From positions 36,811-100,810 of the forward strand of contig CAWKGQ010000020.1 of NCBI GenBank assembly GCA_963849195.1: a stretch of DNA of 64,000 bases. Reading direction: 5' to 3'. This DNA comes from an uncultured Gammaproteobacteria bacterium. Its GTDB lineage: Bacteria; Pseudomonadota; Gammaproteobacteria; Methylococcales; Methylomonadaceae. The position numbers and the translations under genes were made by a program. Positions 1 through 11,292 of the stretch are shown piece by piece (the stretch's first letter is position 1; every line of letters starts with the position of its first letter). The notes under the pieces are model-generated. The model was not told where the DNA came from. It ran no database searches and saw only the letters and a program-made list of their open reading frames with translations.

Positions 1-93
1 CGATTTTTTTGCCAGTTAAGCCCATATCTTTGATTACATCGGCTACACAGATTTTTTCAGCATATTTACGCGTTTCACCATTAACATAAACAA

Positions 94-1182
94 TCATGAG
101 TTTAAATCCCGGTTGGTGTCTACCTTTCTACGTTTTTGCACAGCGGTAGCTAGATTTCGCAGCAGTGGAGCCGTATCATCCCATGACAAACAGGCATCGG
201 TAATACTCTGGCCATAAGCCAATTCTTGTCCCTCAACAACATTTTGACTGCCGCCCTTGAGATGGCTTTCTATCATCACACCCATAATTCTACGGTCGCC
301 ATTAGCTATCTGTCCTGCAACATCCTCACCGACAATCAGTTGCCGCTGACATTGTTTTAAACTGTTGGCATGACTAAAATCAATCATGATATTTGGCCTT
401 AAATCTGCCTTTATCAGACCTTCAGCAACCTGCTCGACACTGACTGCATCATAGTTAGGGTAGCCATTGCCACCTCTTAAAATGATATGCACATCTTCAT
501 TACCAGTGGTTGAGAAAATTGCTGAATGCCCCGCTTTAGTCAGTGATAAAAAATGGTGCGGACTCATAGCCGCTCTTATCGCATCAATGGCAATTTTTAT
601 CGTGCCATCCGTTGAGTTTTTGAAGCCGATTGGACATGAGACGCCCGAAGCCAATTCACGGTGCCCCTGGCTTTCTGTCGTTCTGGCGCCAATGGCTCCC
701 CAGGCAATCAAATCGGAAACATATTGCGGGGAAATTAAATCCAGATATTCAGTCGCTGCCGGCATGCCGAGTGTGTTCACATCCAGTAATAACCGTCTGG
801 CAACGCGCAAGCCTTTATTGATATTGAAACTGGAATCAAGATCAGGGTCGTTAATTAAGCCTTTCCAACCTACTGTTGTGCGAGGTTTTTCAAAGTAAAC
901 ACGCATGACGATCACTAGGTCGTCTTTTAGTTCATCTTTGATTGTTTTCAAAAGTCCGGCATATTCCAAAGCGGCTTTTGGGTCATGAATAGAACAAGGA
1001 CCTACTACAACCAGCAGTCTGTCATCATCGCCAGTTAATATATTATGAATTTCCGCTCGTGCCTGTAGAGTAGTTTGTGCTGCCGTTTCGTTAATCGGCA
1101 TTTCATCGTGAACCCGGGCGGGCGGGATGACTTCTTTGGTCGCACAAATTCTCAAGTCATCAGTGTTATATTTAGTTTGCAT
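94..1182 (-). CDS. aroG: 3-deoxy-7-phosphoheptulonate (DAHP) synthase, class I
   Basis: Motifs GPCSIHD, RVYFEKPRTTVGWKG, AIGARTTESQGHRE, DFSHANS and GQSITDAC. ATG at 1182 is preferred over the upstream TTG at 1194. The paralog (aroF/G/H) cannot be resolved. Confidence 0.93.
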   Translation of the reverse strand: MQTKYNTDDLRICATKEVIPPARVHDEMPINETAAQTTLQARAEIHNILTGDDDRLLVVVGPCSIHDPKAALEYAGLLKTIKDELKDDLVIVMRVYFEKPRTTVGWKGLINDPDLDSSFNINKGLRVARRLLLDVNTLGMPAATEYLDLISPQYVSDLIAWGAIGARTTESQGHRELASGVSCPIGFKNSTDGTIKIAIDAIRAAMSPHHFLSLTKAGHSAIFSTTGNEDVHIILRGGNGYPNYDAVSVEQVAEGLIKADLRPNIMIDFSHANSLKQCQRQLIVGEDVAGQIANGDRRIMGVMIESHLKGGSQNVVEGQELAYGQSITDACLSWDDTAPLLRNLATAVQKRRKVDTNRDLNS

Positions 1183-1257
1183 GCTAGCTACCAAGCTTTT
1201 GCTTTCACAGAATTATCGTTAAATTCAATTATTTTAACTGTTTTCATCGTCTTCTTG

Positions 1258-1770
1258 TTAGTTTTTGCTGGCTGTTGCTCTGGTTTGCCTTTCAAGCTTC
1301 ACAAAACTATAACTGAAGGAGGCATCGAGATCATCATTAATATCTTCTCGCCCCACTTCGGACCAATCATTCAAATCAATGTCAGGGAAAAATGTATCTC
1401 CCTGAAACTCCTTGTTTATAATCGTGAGATAAATCGCATCGGCAATCGGCAGTATCGTTTCATAAAGATCGGCACCGCCAATAACAAAAATCTCTTCGGC
1501 TCTTTCACACGCTTTTTTTATTGCTGTTTTAAGATCATTAAAAACCAAACACCCGTCTTGTCGATATTCCAAATTTCTGCTGACAATTATATTAGTGCGG
1601 CCAGGCAGCGGTCTGCCTATGGACTCATAAGTTTTTCTGCCCATTAAAATAGACGAACCCATCGTGATTTTTTTAAATTTTTTAAGATCAGCTGATAAAT
1701 GCCAGGGCATTTTATTATTCAGGCCGATAACCCGATTACTCGCCATCGCGACGATTAGTGATATTTTCAT
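1258..1770 (-). CDS. folA: dihydrofolate reductase
   Basis: SLIVAMASNRVIG..MPWHLSADLKKFK, MGRKTYESIGRPLPGR, IGGA, GDTFFP. Confidence 0.96.
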   Translation of the reverse strand: MKISLIVAMASNRVIGLNNKMPWHLSADLKKFKKITMGSSILMGRKTYESIGRPLPGRTNIIVSRNLEYRQDGCLVFNDLKTAIKKACERAEEIFVIGGADLYETILPIADAIYLTIINKEFQGDTFFPDIDLNDWSEVGREDINDDLDASFSYSFVKLERQTRATASKN

Positions 1771-1886
1771 TTTCTTTAAGAGGGGCGCTTTGATATTCTT
1801 TAAGGAATAATAAATTTGAATATCATACTATGAACCGGCCTGTGCCCGGTATTTTGGTTCGATGACAAGCTATAGGGGTAGAGAAG

Positions 1887-2092
1887 GGGTGTGATTAAAA
1901 GTGCGCACCGTTATGTCATTCAGAAACGACTGAAGTTACCCGGTGCTTGGTGGAAAGCGGCTAATCTGGAACCGATGTTGAGGTTACGCGTCGTCAGGGC
2001 GAATGATGACTGGGATAAATATTGACAAAATCGGAACATCGCTGCGGCTGCATAATATGGCTATGAAATCCCCCGCACTTTTAATCACACCC
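1887..2092 (+). mobile_element. internally deleted IS (MITE-like), ISKra4-like transposase C-terminal remnant
   Basis: Perfect 19-bp terminal inverted repeats: GGGTGTGATTAAAAGTGCG at 1887-1905 and its complement at 2074-2092. The interior reads SAHRYVIQKRLKLPGAWW..MLRLRVVRANDDWDKY, resembling an ISKra4/UPF0236 transposase tail. Confidence 0.8.
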
Positions 2093-2531
2093 ATTATCGG
2101 CTTGGCGCTGAATGTGCCGTTGTATCAGGGTGGACGGGTCAATTCCCGCATCCGGGAAGCCGAACACCGCTACCGCGAGGCGCTAGCGATACTGAAATAG
2201 GCACAACGCTCAGTATACCGGGACGCCAGCAAAGCCTTTCTTGGGTGTGACCGCAGGTATCAGCAAAGTCAAGGCCTTGCAACAGACACTCCGTTCCAGC
2301 GAAACAGCGGCCAAAGCTACAGAGGCCGGGTTCCTGGCCGGCTATCATACCCCGCTGGATGTCATCATCGCCGAACGCGGACGCCTCAGCGTACAACGCG
2401 ACTACACCCGCGCCCGCTACAATTATTTGCTCGACACCCTGCGTTTAAAACAGGCGGTAGAGACAATGTCGCCAGAGGATTTGGCCAAGGTGAATGGGTG
2501 GCTGGCCGCTGCACCAGTAGCTGAAAGGTAA
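2093..2531 (+). pseudogene. TolC-family outer membrane channel, C-terminal fragment
   Basis: IIGLALNVPLYQGG..., EAGFLAGYHTPLDV, ARYNYLLDTLRLKQA. In-frame TAG at 2198-2200, frameshift near 2240, and the 5' part is missing at the IS end. Confidence 0.85.
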
Positions 2532-2682
2532 TGATGCGGTATCTTCTTTATTTAAAGTATGAAAAGAAAATAACTTGAGCATTTTACATTTTTTGTCCAG
2601 GTTATTTAGTTGCCGTTCTTCAACCAGCGCATCGACCGGAAACCTCGGAGTCTGCCTGAAAAAAAGCAAAATCCAGGCATTG

Positions 2683-3150
2683 CTATAAAAACTCCCATTT
2701 ATCAAACCAGGCCGCCTGCCCTTTATAGCTCTGATTTTTATCCATGAGATTCCAGACAACTGCGTTTTTTATTAGAAATCTTTTGCCGGTACTTGATACC
2801 CGAACGCCCTCATAATGATCGATATAACCTTTTTCCGTAACTTCAGCTAGCAATCGCTCACGTTCTACCTGATTAACCGGCTCCGCGGAGAACCTGGAAC
2901 GCAGATGAGTAAAATCTTCCCAAGTTAATTCAAACAACTCCAACGCTTTCAGGTTTGCGTAATTAAAAACCGGATCACTTGCCGTATCATGAGAAACAAG
3001 CGCAAAAGGCGCATGGAACAATTGCCTGGCAAACTGTTCATCGGACTGAATGTCCGGAATTAATTCTTTTAAGAGCAACTGGCGGTAGCTATTTCTAATA
3101 TCAAGAACATGCTCAACAAGAAAATTATTTTTCTCAGCAGGATAATCCAT
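2683..3150 (-). CDS. MEKHLA (PAS-like) domain protein
   Basis: LFHAPFALVSH..DPVFNYAN..AL.LFE, SRFSAE..ERERLL.EV...GYIDHYEGVRVSSTGKRFLI. Confidence 0.88.
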   Translation of the reverse strand: MDYPAEKNNFLVEHVLDIRNSYRQLLLKELIPDIQSDEQFARQLFHAPFALVSHDTASDPVFNYANLKALELFELTWEDFTHLRSRFSAEPVNQVERERLLAEVTEKGYIDHYEGVRVSSTGKRFLIKNAVVWNLMDKNQSYKGQAAWFDKWEFL

Positions 3151-3236
3151 GGAAAACATGAAATGCAAAAAAAATGGGGATAGCAGGAAAAATCATATAA
3201 AACCGGATACCGTCCCGGTCAGACGGCAGAAATAAA

Positions 3237-3262
3237 AAAGGCTCCGATAAATCGGAGCCTTT
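3237..3262 (-). terminator. intrinsic terminator downstream of the tRNA-Phe pair
   Basis: AAAGGCTCCGA-TAAA-TCGGAGCCTTT hairpin; the A-run at 3234-3239 gives a U-tract on the minus strand. Confidence 0.8.
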
Positions 3263-3270
3263 GGAATTCA

Positions 3271-3346
<76 letters not shown>

Positions 3347-3373
3347 CTTTTGATGTGTTGCGTATTTTTTGCA

Positions 3374-3449
<76 letters not shown>

Positions 3450-3767
3450 GGAACTACAAAAGAGCGCCATTAGACTCGATTACGTAGCACTAGTCAATAT
3501 AAATGTAAATTTATTGCGGTGGATTCAAGCTGGGAGGCGGATTGTCTCTATTAAAAAGTTAATAATCAAACCAAGGACTTTTTTACGACTTCCCATTCGT
3601 GGCAGCAACCAAATCGCCATCGCAATTAAAAACAGTACGGGATTATTAATCCAAGCCCAAAAGCTGTTCATGGTTGGAAAAGGTTACTTTTCGGCTTGAA
3701 CCTAAGCGCGATCTATCCGCAAAATATGATAATATTTCACTCACAGTAATCCTTATAGAAGACAAAC

Positions 3768-5213
3768 ATGAAAGCAAACATCGGTTTAATCGGCCTGGCA
3801 GTAATGGGACAAAACCTGGTTCTTAATATGAACGACCACGGCTTTAAAGTAGCGGTCTATAACCGCACCACCAGCACTGTCGATGAATTTTTAGACGGCC
3901 CGGCAAAAGGAACACAGGTTGTCGGCACACACTCGCTCGAAGAGCTGGTTGATAGTCTGGAATCTCCGCGCATCGTCATGTTGATGGTTAAGGCCGGTGA
4001 CGTTGTCGACCAATATATCGACAAGTTAGTACCGCTGTTATCAGCGGGCGATATTATTGTTGACGGCGGCAATTCACTTTTTACTGACACCAATCGCCGC
4101 ACGGCATCTCTTAAGGAAAAAAGCCTTAACTATATCGGCACGGGGGTTTCCGGCGGTGAAGAAGGTGCAAGACATGGGCCTTCAATTATGCCCGGTGGCA
4201 ACAAAGCGGCCTGGCCTAAGGTTAAACCCATCTTTCAGGCTATCAGTGCGCAGGTTAATGGGGAACCATGCTGTGAATGGGTCGGTGATAATGGTGCGGG
4301 ACATTACGTCAAGATGGTCCATAACGGCATTGAATACGGCGACATGCAGTTAATCTGCGAAGCGTATCAATTGCTGTCCGAAGGCCTGGGCTTAAGCGCT
4401 GATGAAATGCACACGATCTTTGCCGAGTGGAATCAAGGCGAATTAAGTTCTTATTTAATTGAAATCACGGCCAATATTTTGGCCTATAAAGATGAAGACG
4501 GACAGCCTTTGGTTGACAAAATCCTTGACACTGCCGGTCAAAAAGGCACAGGAAAGTGGACGGGCATCAATGCGCTGGATTTAGGCATTCCATTAACCCT
4601 GATTGGCGAATCGGTGTTTGCGCGGTGTTTGTCTGCTCAAAAATCAGAAAGAGTCAAGGCTGCGCAAGTATTGCCTAAACGCACTCAAGCGTTTTCCGGT
4701 GATAAACAAGCCATGATTAATGCGATTCGTGACGCCTTGTATGCCGCCAAGATTATTTCTTATGCACAAGGTTTTCGCTTGATGCGCGAAGCGTCCAAAG
4801 AATATAACCTGTCGCTTAATTATGGCGAAATCGCCCTGATGTGGCGCGGCGGCTGTATTATTCGCAGCCAGTTTTTAAATGACATCAAGCAGGCTTACAA
4901 CGATAACCCCGAACTGGAAAATCTGTTGTTAGCCGATTTCTTTGTTAATGCCATGAAACAAGCCGATGAAGGCTGGCGCAAATCGGTCATTTTAGGCATA
5001 GAACTGGGTATTCCCACCCCTGCATTCTCTTCTGCCTTAGCGTATTACGATGGCTATCGCACCGAAAGACTGCCTGCCAATTTATTACAGGCGCAACGGG
5101 ATTATTTTGGCGCCCATACTTATGAACGCACCGATAAGCCCAGAGGTGAGTTTTTCCATACCGATTGGACCGGACATGGCGGTAAGAAGGCATCTTCAAC
5201 TTACACTGTTTAA
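3768..5213 (+). CDS. gnd: 6-phosphogluconate dehydrogenase, decarboxylating
   Basis: GLIGLAVMG, VSGGEEGARHGPSIMPGG, YVKMVHNGIEYGDMQ, QAQRDYFGAHTY. Confidence 0.97.
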   Translation: MKANIGLIGLAVMGQNLVLNMNDHGFKVAVYNRTTSTVDEFLDGPAKGTQVVGTHSLEELVDSLESPRIVMLMVKAGDVVDQYIDKLVPLLSAGDIIVDGGNSLFTDTNRRTASLKEKSLNYIGTGVSGGEEGARHGPSIMPGGNKAAWPKVKPIFQAISAQVNGEPCCEWVGDNGAGHYVKMVHNGIEYGDMQLICEAYQLLSEGLGLSADEMHTIFAEWNQGELSSYLIEITANILAYKDEDGQPLVDKILDTAGQKGTGKWTGINALDLGIPLTLIGESVFARCLSAQKSERVKAAQVLPKRTQAFSGDKQAMINAIRDALYAAKIISYAQGFRLMREASKEYNLSLNYGEIALMWRGGCIIRSQFLNDIKQAYNDNPELENLLLADFFVNAMKQADEGWRKSVILGIELGIPTPAFSSALAYYDGYRTERLPANLLQAQRDYFGAHTYERTDKPRGEFFHTDWTGHGGKKASSTYTV

Positions 5214-5247
5214 GTAAAATAATAAATCACTGACTGAGTCCTTCTCT

Positions 5248-6732
5248 ATGAACGCCGACCCCTGTACATACGTAATTTTTGGTGCCACGGGAAATCTCTC
5301 CCGGATTAAATTAATGCCTTCCCTGTATCATCTTGACGTGGCCAATCGACTTCCTGCCGGCACGCGTATTTTAGCCATAGGCCGCAGACCGTGGGATCAG
5401 GAAAAATGGCTAAGTGAAGTCAGGGACATGGTTCTGACAAAATCCAGGGACGATTTTGATGAAGCGATTTTCCAGCGTTTCAGCGAGCGACTGCAATATC
5501 ACCAAGGCGATATAAAAGAGCCGCAATGTTACACAGAACTCGCTGAAGTGCTTAACGAGAAAAACAACTTCTCTAAAAACATTGCATTTTATTTGTCTAT
5601 CAGTCCCTCGGACTTTGGCACGGTTATGGAGATGTTAAGCAACAACCACTTGTTTGATGAAGAATACGGATGGCGACGGGTCATTATTGAAAAACCTTTC
5701 GGTTATGACCTGGATAGCGCCCAGGCATTACAAAAACGCATCAGTCACTATTTAACGGAAGAGCAAATTTACCGTATTGACCATTATCTGGGTAAAGGCA
5801 TGGTGCAAAATGTGCTGGTATTCCGTTTTGCCAATGTCATGCTGGAACCGTTATGGAACCGCAACTACATAGACCACATTCAAATCACCCATTCAGAAGA
5901 ACTCGGCATTGACAGTCGAGGTGATTATTATAACGGTGCGGGAGCTATGCGCGATATGCTGCAAAGTCATCTGCTGCAATTGCTGACTTTAGTCACTATG
6001 GAACCTCCTGCCTCAATGGAAGCGGAATCCTTGCGTGATGAAAAAGTCAAGGTATTAAAATCTATCCGTCCCATTCCCAAAGAAGCCGTGCATGGACATG
6101 CTTTTCGAGGTCAGTATGCCCAAGGTCATATTAACGGCGAAAAGGTCAAAAGCTATTTGCAGGAAGAAAATATTCCCGCCAATAGCGTAACAGAAACCTA
6201 TGCGTCCATGAAACTGTATATCGATAACTGGCGCTGGCGCGGCGTACCGATGTATTTGCGTACCGGCAAACGCATGACTAAAGCGCAATCGTCTATTTCG
6301 ATTTGTTTTCGCCACCCGCCGTTACAATTTTTTCGTGATACCAATGTGCAATGTATGAACCAGAATTGGATCTTATTGGGTATACAACCGGAGGAATGTA
6401 TTCGTATTGAAATGACCGTAAAAGAGCCCGGTCTGGAGATGAGTACCAGAACCAGCAGTCTGGATGCCAGTTTTCGTAATGACGATGAAAAAGCCATCGA
6501 TGCTTATGAAGACTTATTATTGGATGTATTGAAAGGCGATCGGTCACTGTTCCTGCGTTTTGATGAAGTCGAATATGCCTGGCGCATTGTTGACCCTATC
6601 TTGCAAACCTGGGCGATTGAACGTGACTATATTGCTACGTATCCTGCCGGTTCCTGGGGACCTGAAGATAGTCGCTTATTTGAAAAAAGCGCCCAATCCT
6701 GGCGCAGCTCCCTAACACCGGAGTGTAAATAA
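5248..6732 (+). CDS. zwf: glucose-6-phosphate 1-dehydrogenase
   Basis: [34 protein letters not shown]. Confidence 0.97.
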   Translation: MNADPCTYVIFGATGNLSRIKLMPSLYHLDVANRLPAGTRILAIGRRPWDQEKWLSEVRDMVLTKSRDDFDEAIFQRFSERLQYHQGDIKEPQCYTELAEVLNEKNNFSKNIAFYLSISPSDFGTVMEMLSNNHLFDEEYGWRRVIIEKPFGYDLDSAQALQKRISHYLTEEQIYRIDHYLGKGMVQNVLVFRFANVMLEPLWNRNYIDHIQITHSEELGIDSRGDYYNGAGAMRDMLQSHLLQLLTLVTMEPPASMEAESLRDEKVKVLKSIRPIPKEAVHGHAFRGQYAQGHINGEKVKSYLQEENIPANSVTETYASMKLYIDNWRWRGVPMYLRTGKRMTKAQSSISICFRHPPLQFFRDTNVQCMNQNWILLGIQPEECIRIEMTVKEPGLEMSTRTSSLDASFRNDDEKAIDAYEDLLLDVLKGDRSLFLRFDEVEYAWRIVDPILQTWAIERDYIATYPAGSWGPEDSRLFEKSAQSWRSSLTPECK

Positions 6733-7416
6733 ATGCAACAAAATAGTCGTTGGCACACACTGGAAACGGCCGACCAGGTCGCACAGGCCGCCTATCAACA
6801 AATTCTTAATGCTGCAGAATACGCAATTGCTGAACACGGCACATTCAAATTAGTACTGGCCGGCGGCAGCACACCGGAGAAAGTGTATCGCCTATTGGCC
6901 CAAGCGGATGCTGACTGGTCAAAATGGGTTATCTATTACGGCGATGAACGCTGTTTGCCCGCAGATCATGCCGATAGAAACAGCCTGATGGCAACTCAGG
7001 CTTTTCTGGAAAAAGTGGCTATTCCTGATGCGCAGATATTTACGATTCCAGCTGAACTGGGAACGGAACAAGCCGCTGAAAAATATCAACAAATCGTAGC
7101 GAATGCCCTCCCGTTTGATATGGTTTTGCTGGGTATGGGTGAAGATGGTCATACCGCCAGTTTATTTCCAGGGCATCAGCATCAGGAAGATGAGCTTGCG
7201 CATGCAGTTTATAATTCGCCCAAACCGCCACCGGAACGTGTTTCCATCAGTGCAAAAGCCTTAAGTAATACGCAACAACTCATATTCCTGATTACCGGCG
7301 CTAACAAACAGGAAGCGGTTAAAAACTGGCGTGCAGGTCAGGATTTACCGGTTGCTGCGATAGTCCCGGAAACCCCTATAGATATTTATATTGATAGGGA
7401 TGCTTATAATCCTTAA
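6733..7416 (+). CDS. pgl: 6-phosphogluconolactonase
   Basis: LAGGSTP, GDERC, LGMGEDGHTASLFP, PKPPPERVS; abuts the zwf stop codon. Confidence 0.96.
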   Translation: MQQNSRWHTLETADQVAQAAYQQILNAAEYAIAEHGTFKLVLAGGSTPEKVYRLLAQADADWSKWVIYYGDERCLPADHADRNSLMATQAFLEKVAIPDAQIFTIPAELGTEQAAEKYQQIVANALPFDMVLLGMGEDGHTASLFPGHQHQEDELAHAVYNSPKPPPERVSISAKALSNTQQLIFLITGANKQEAVKNWRAGQDLPVAAIVPETPIDIYIDRDAYNP

Positions 7417-7424
7417 GCAGTTAA

Positions 7425-7456
7425 GTAGGGTGGGCAAGTACGAGGCATTGCCCACC
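7425..7456. repeat. REP-like palindrome (GTAG-headed)
   Basis: GTAGGGTGGGCAA-GTACGAGGCA-TTGCCCACC directly after pgl. Confidence 0.7.
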
Positions 7457-7547
7457 GCAACTGCCTGAGCGGGCCGTGTATGTGAGCCGTTCGATCTAAA
7501 CGTTATGCAATAAAAGTTCTTAACCAAAAAATAGAGAAATAATTACC

Positions 7548-8501
7548 ATGTCCACGCTAACAGCCGCCAAGAAACTCAAATGGCTTTTCTCTCTCGTTCT
7601 TATTTTTGGCGGGTTCACTATTTACAAACTTTTTGAGGTTTTAGCTCATGATTTTGCTAATAATGAATATGGATGGGTATTCAAGATAATTTCAGAATTT
7701 GGCTTGTTTTTATCCGTTATCATTTCTGTTGGTTTTTTTCATCATTGGTTAAGTGCTGCTGAGGAGCGCGAAGAATCCGTAAAGAGCTTGCGTGAAGTTC
7801 TTTTAAAGTACGTCGATAGTATTCTGTTAAATTCCGTTAAGCGAGGATTTTCAGGTATCACCAATAAAGAATTCGATTTTAGTCAGGTCATGCAAGGCTT
7901 GAAACCTGGCGATTATGTTTATTGGCTAATCACCTTTGATCCCCGCTTCAAAAACAAATCACGGGAACTGGAAAATGCGATAAAAAACGGCGTCCATTTC
8001 AGGATGCTGATTTTAAAAGCCGATTGCATATTTGGCGAACTGCGCGCAACGGAAACTTCCGGATTTAATCCACACGAATTTAATGAGTACTCCAAGTTAT
8101 TTAAGGTATCGCTGGAAGATGTGATCAGTCGCATTGATGAAACGATAAAGGGTTCATTAGGTGTTTTTGTATACGAAGGTTTACCCAGCATCCCCTTATT
8201 CATTATCATCTCCAACGAGTCTAAAAAAGTGAAAGCCTATAACAGCTTTTATTTGACTGAGCCGGTTTCAAAAATGCCCTATTTGAATTGGGAATCTGAA
8301 CTCAAATTTGGAAGCCAGCCTTCTTTTGAATCAGAAAACTGGAATATTGCGGACCTCTTTCTTGACTATTTCAAAAAACGCTGGGAAATGGAAAAAGAAA
8401 AACATCATGACGTCGCTGAAAATGAACAGGTTCAAAATAGTGATTTTATCTATGCCCCTGCCACAGCCAAACAAATATGTTCCAAGCTTATTCATGAGTA
8501 A
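7548..8501 (+). CDS. hypothetical membrane protein: two N-terminal TM helices plus a possible PLD-like (DUF5919-like) domain lacking HKD
   Basis: 317-aa AT-rich ORF with two hydrophobic segments, then GVHFRMLIL...R, VYEGLPSIPLFII and a C-terminal F..YF.K.WE pattern. The domain call is tentative. Confidence 0.6.
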   Translation: MSTLTAAKKLKWLFSLVLIFGGFTIYKLFEVLAHDFANNEYGWVFKIISEFGLFLSVIISVGFFHHWLSAAEEREESVKSLREVLLKYVDSILLNSVKRGFSGITNKEFDFSQVMQGLKPGDYVYWLITFDPRFKNKSRELENAIKNGVHFRMLILKADCIFGELRATETSGFNPHEFNEYSKLFKVSLEDVISRIDETIKGSLGVFVYEGLPSIPLFIIISNESKKVKAYNSFYLTEPVSKMPYLNWESELKFGSQPSFESENWNIADLFLDYFKKRWEMEKEKHHDVAENEQVQNSDFIYAPATAKQICSKLIHE

Positions 8502-8698
8502 CCGGGAATGTCGGGCATAACATCTCATCCCAGACATTTCTATGCTCGAATTCGACAACTGCACCGGATATTTCCAAAGGCAATTCCTGTTCGGAAGCCG
8601 AAATGTTAAGCAACTCTTCAGCCCTTATCACCAACTAAAATCGCCTCAATCTGGACCGACACGAACGGTGCTAAATAGCCTGGGCATAGGGAGTTATC

Positions 8699-8745
8699 GT
8701 GGGAGCGCTTTAGCCGCGAAGAGTGCCGCTAAAGCCGCTCCCACA
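8699..8745. repeat. REP doublet (GTGGGAGCGGCTTTAG family)
   Basis: GTGGGAGCGCTTTAGCCGC-GAAGA-GTGCCGCTAAAGCCGCTCCCAC. Confidence 0.75.
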
Positions 8746-8843
8746 AAATATAAATGCTCAAGTGTGTTATTTTCGTTACTAAGTTGGCTATCGAAGCGTT
8801 AAATTAGCAGGAAAAGATAAAAGTCTCGCTGAAAATCTTCGCT

Positions 8844-10656
8844 TTACCGATCGAATTCAGGGTCAATCGCCCTGCATGCTGCATGGTAAAGAATTTCGGG
8901 AGTGATCGGTTTTTTTAACAGGGGGTAACCCGCTTTGTCCGCTTTATTGAGGAATTCCGAGGCCGTTTCGCCGGTTACGATCAACACGGGAAAATCGCCA
9001 TGAATTCGTTGCAGGCGGCTTGCCAATTCGACGCCGCGCTCCTCTCCCCGCAGCCGTAAATCGACAATAAGCAGATGCGGGATGCCGGCTTGTTTAAAAA
9101 GCGCTTCGGCGGTTTTTGGCGAGTTGGCCGTTTCAATGTGGACATCCCAGGCGCTCAGTAAACAGCGCATACTATCGAGAATATCGATTTCATCATCGAC
9201 GACGTAAATACGCTTACCTTGCAAGCGCATAGAATCAGTCGACGCTGTCTTTCTCTGGCGTGAAGAATCGGTCACGACGCTGTTGAATGTCACGCTAAAA
9301 CACGAACCCTCTCCGGGTTTGGAAACCAGAGAAATTTGTGCATCGATTAGATCGCAAAGATGCCGTACGATGGCAAGTCCGAGGCCAACACCTTTATTAT
9401 AATGATCGTGTTCGGGATTATCCAATTGATAAAACTCCTCGAAAATCCGGCTTTGCTCGTCAACGGGAATACCTTTGCCGGTATCTTCAACGATCAGAAT
9501 TGCCGAACCGTCAGCGCTGCGTGTGCGAACTCTTACCTCACCCTGCTCCGTGTATTTGAAAGCGTTGTCGAGCAGATTGCGAGTTATCCTGGCTATTGCA
9601 ATCGGATCATCGAACAGGCGCGCATGTCCGAGGTCGAGAATCAGGTCCAGGCGTTTGTTTTCAGTGTTCGATTGGTATTCGTAGCAGACGCCTTCGACGA
9701 GTCTATCCAGCGATATACGCTGCCGTTCCGGCACATAGTAATTCGCCGATAAACGCGAAAGATCAAGCAATCCGTGCAGCAGGCTACCCAGAGATCGGAC
9801 CAGACGGTCGATGTTGTGTGCAACCTCCGGCAAAGTATCGGGGTGTCGGGTTGGAGGCAAGAACAGCGCTATAGACGGATAAGGCGTGCAGGGGTTGACG
9901 CAGGTCGTGGCTGGCAGTGGCCAAGACACGCGCACGTGTCTGCGATAAGAGTTCAGCTTTGGTCACCGCAGCGCGCTCTTCGGCGTTGCTTCTTTCGAGA
10001 TCCTGAACAGCCTGGTCGCGCTCACGGCGAATCGCCACGGATCGGTGCAGCAAGTGTTCTCCGTCGGCAGCCACGCTGATAATGAATAACCAGTACAAAA
10101 CCGTCAGTCCGGCCACCGAATAAATTTGCTGAGGGTAAAGCATCGCCCAGGTTAAAGATGTGGGCACCAAAATGAACAATGCGTAGGCGGCCAGAATTGA
10201 CCTGGACGATACCGCTACAGAAACACCCGCCGACGGCATGGTGAACAGGATAATGACAAGCAGTGCCTGGTCTGGCAGTGGAATTGAAGGGATGAATAAC
10301 ACGCCGCCAAGTCCGACGGAGACGCCCACGATAGCCGCCAAAAATATAAGCATGCGATGGACCGAATTCGGATCATCAATCTTGCCGCTGTTGATGATAG
10401 TGCGCGCGTAAGCGGCACGCATACACTCCAGCGAAATTGTCAGCACTCCCCAGCCTGACAATAAGTAGAAATCGATTGAACGATATACAAGTAATCCGAC
10501 ACCAATGACAAGTAAAACCTGAACTGGCGGCATACGTTTAAGCACTTTCAGGTGCAGATGAATCAATTCTAGTAATACTTCGTGCTCGAATGAAAGCGGG
10601 TTGGGCGTGAGAGATTCCGGCTCCGATGAACGCTTGTTAATCGTTTTGCCGATCAT
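8844..10656 (-). pseudogene. hybrid sensor histidine kinase (TM-HisKA-HATPase-REC), frameshifted
   Basis: ORF 9784-10656 carries the TM region and H-box ASHDLRQPL. ORF 8844-9935 carries NLLDNAFKYT, DTGKGI, GLGLAIV and a REC domain. Removing one G from the G4 run at 9840-9843 joins them (…ASNPTP-DTLPEV…). Confidence 0.85.
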
Positions 10657-10665
10657 GGTGAGTAC

Positions 10666-11292
10666 CTACAACCGCTCATCAAAAAGCAGTTTCATTCTCC
10701 CTGCTTTGATCACTGCTTCTGTCCGGTTATGTACATCGAGCAAACGAAAAATTGCGGTTATATATTCCTTGACAGTGTGCTCTGACAAGGCAAGGTCACG
10801 CGCGATTGATTTTGTAGACCGGCCCCTGCACAATCCGCCCAATACCTCTTTTTGTCTGGATGATAAGGTGACGGACTGGTCATTCGATCCATCCCCTACA
10901 TTCATCAGCCGGGGAGGAAGATAAACTGAACCAGCCAGGACATGCCTGAGTGCTTCCGCAAGAACCTCAGGCGCGGCGCTTTTGGGGATAAAACTCATTG
11001 CTCCCGCATCCAGGCAAGTCCGTATTACCGAAGTCTCCTCGCTGGAGGAAACGACAACAAGCGCAATATCGGGTGCATAACTTTTGATTCGGGCAAGTGC
11101 CATTAAGCCATTTTCGTTACGAAGATTAAGATCCAGTAAACACAGTTGCAGGTCTGGATTCTTCAAAACGATCGACATGGCTTCATCAATTGAGCCAGCC
11201 TCCATCGTTTCTGTGGCTTTGCCTAAAGTGCCAAGTAATAAACGTAGCCCGGCCCGAAATAATGCGTGGTCATCAAGCAGCAAGATTTTCAT
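10666..11292 (-). CDS. NarL/LuxR-family response regulator
   Basis: ILLLDDH, LLDLNL, then LSSRQKEVL..L..G.STKSIARDL.LSEHTVK HTH. Confidence 0.93.
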   Translation of the reverse strand: MKILLLDDHALFRAGLRLLLGTLGKATETMEAGSIDEAMSIVLKNPDLQLCLLDLNLRNENGLMALARIKSYAPDIALVVVSSSEETSVIRTCLDAGAMSFIPKSAAPEVLAEALRHVLAGSVYLPPRLMNVGDGSNDQSVTLSSRQKEVLGGLCRGRSTKSIARDLALSEHTVKEYITAIFRLLDVHNRTEAVIKAGRMKLLFDERL

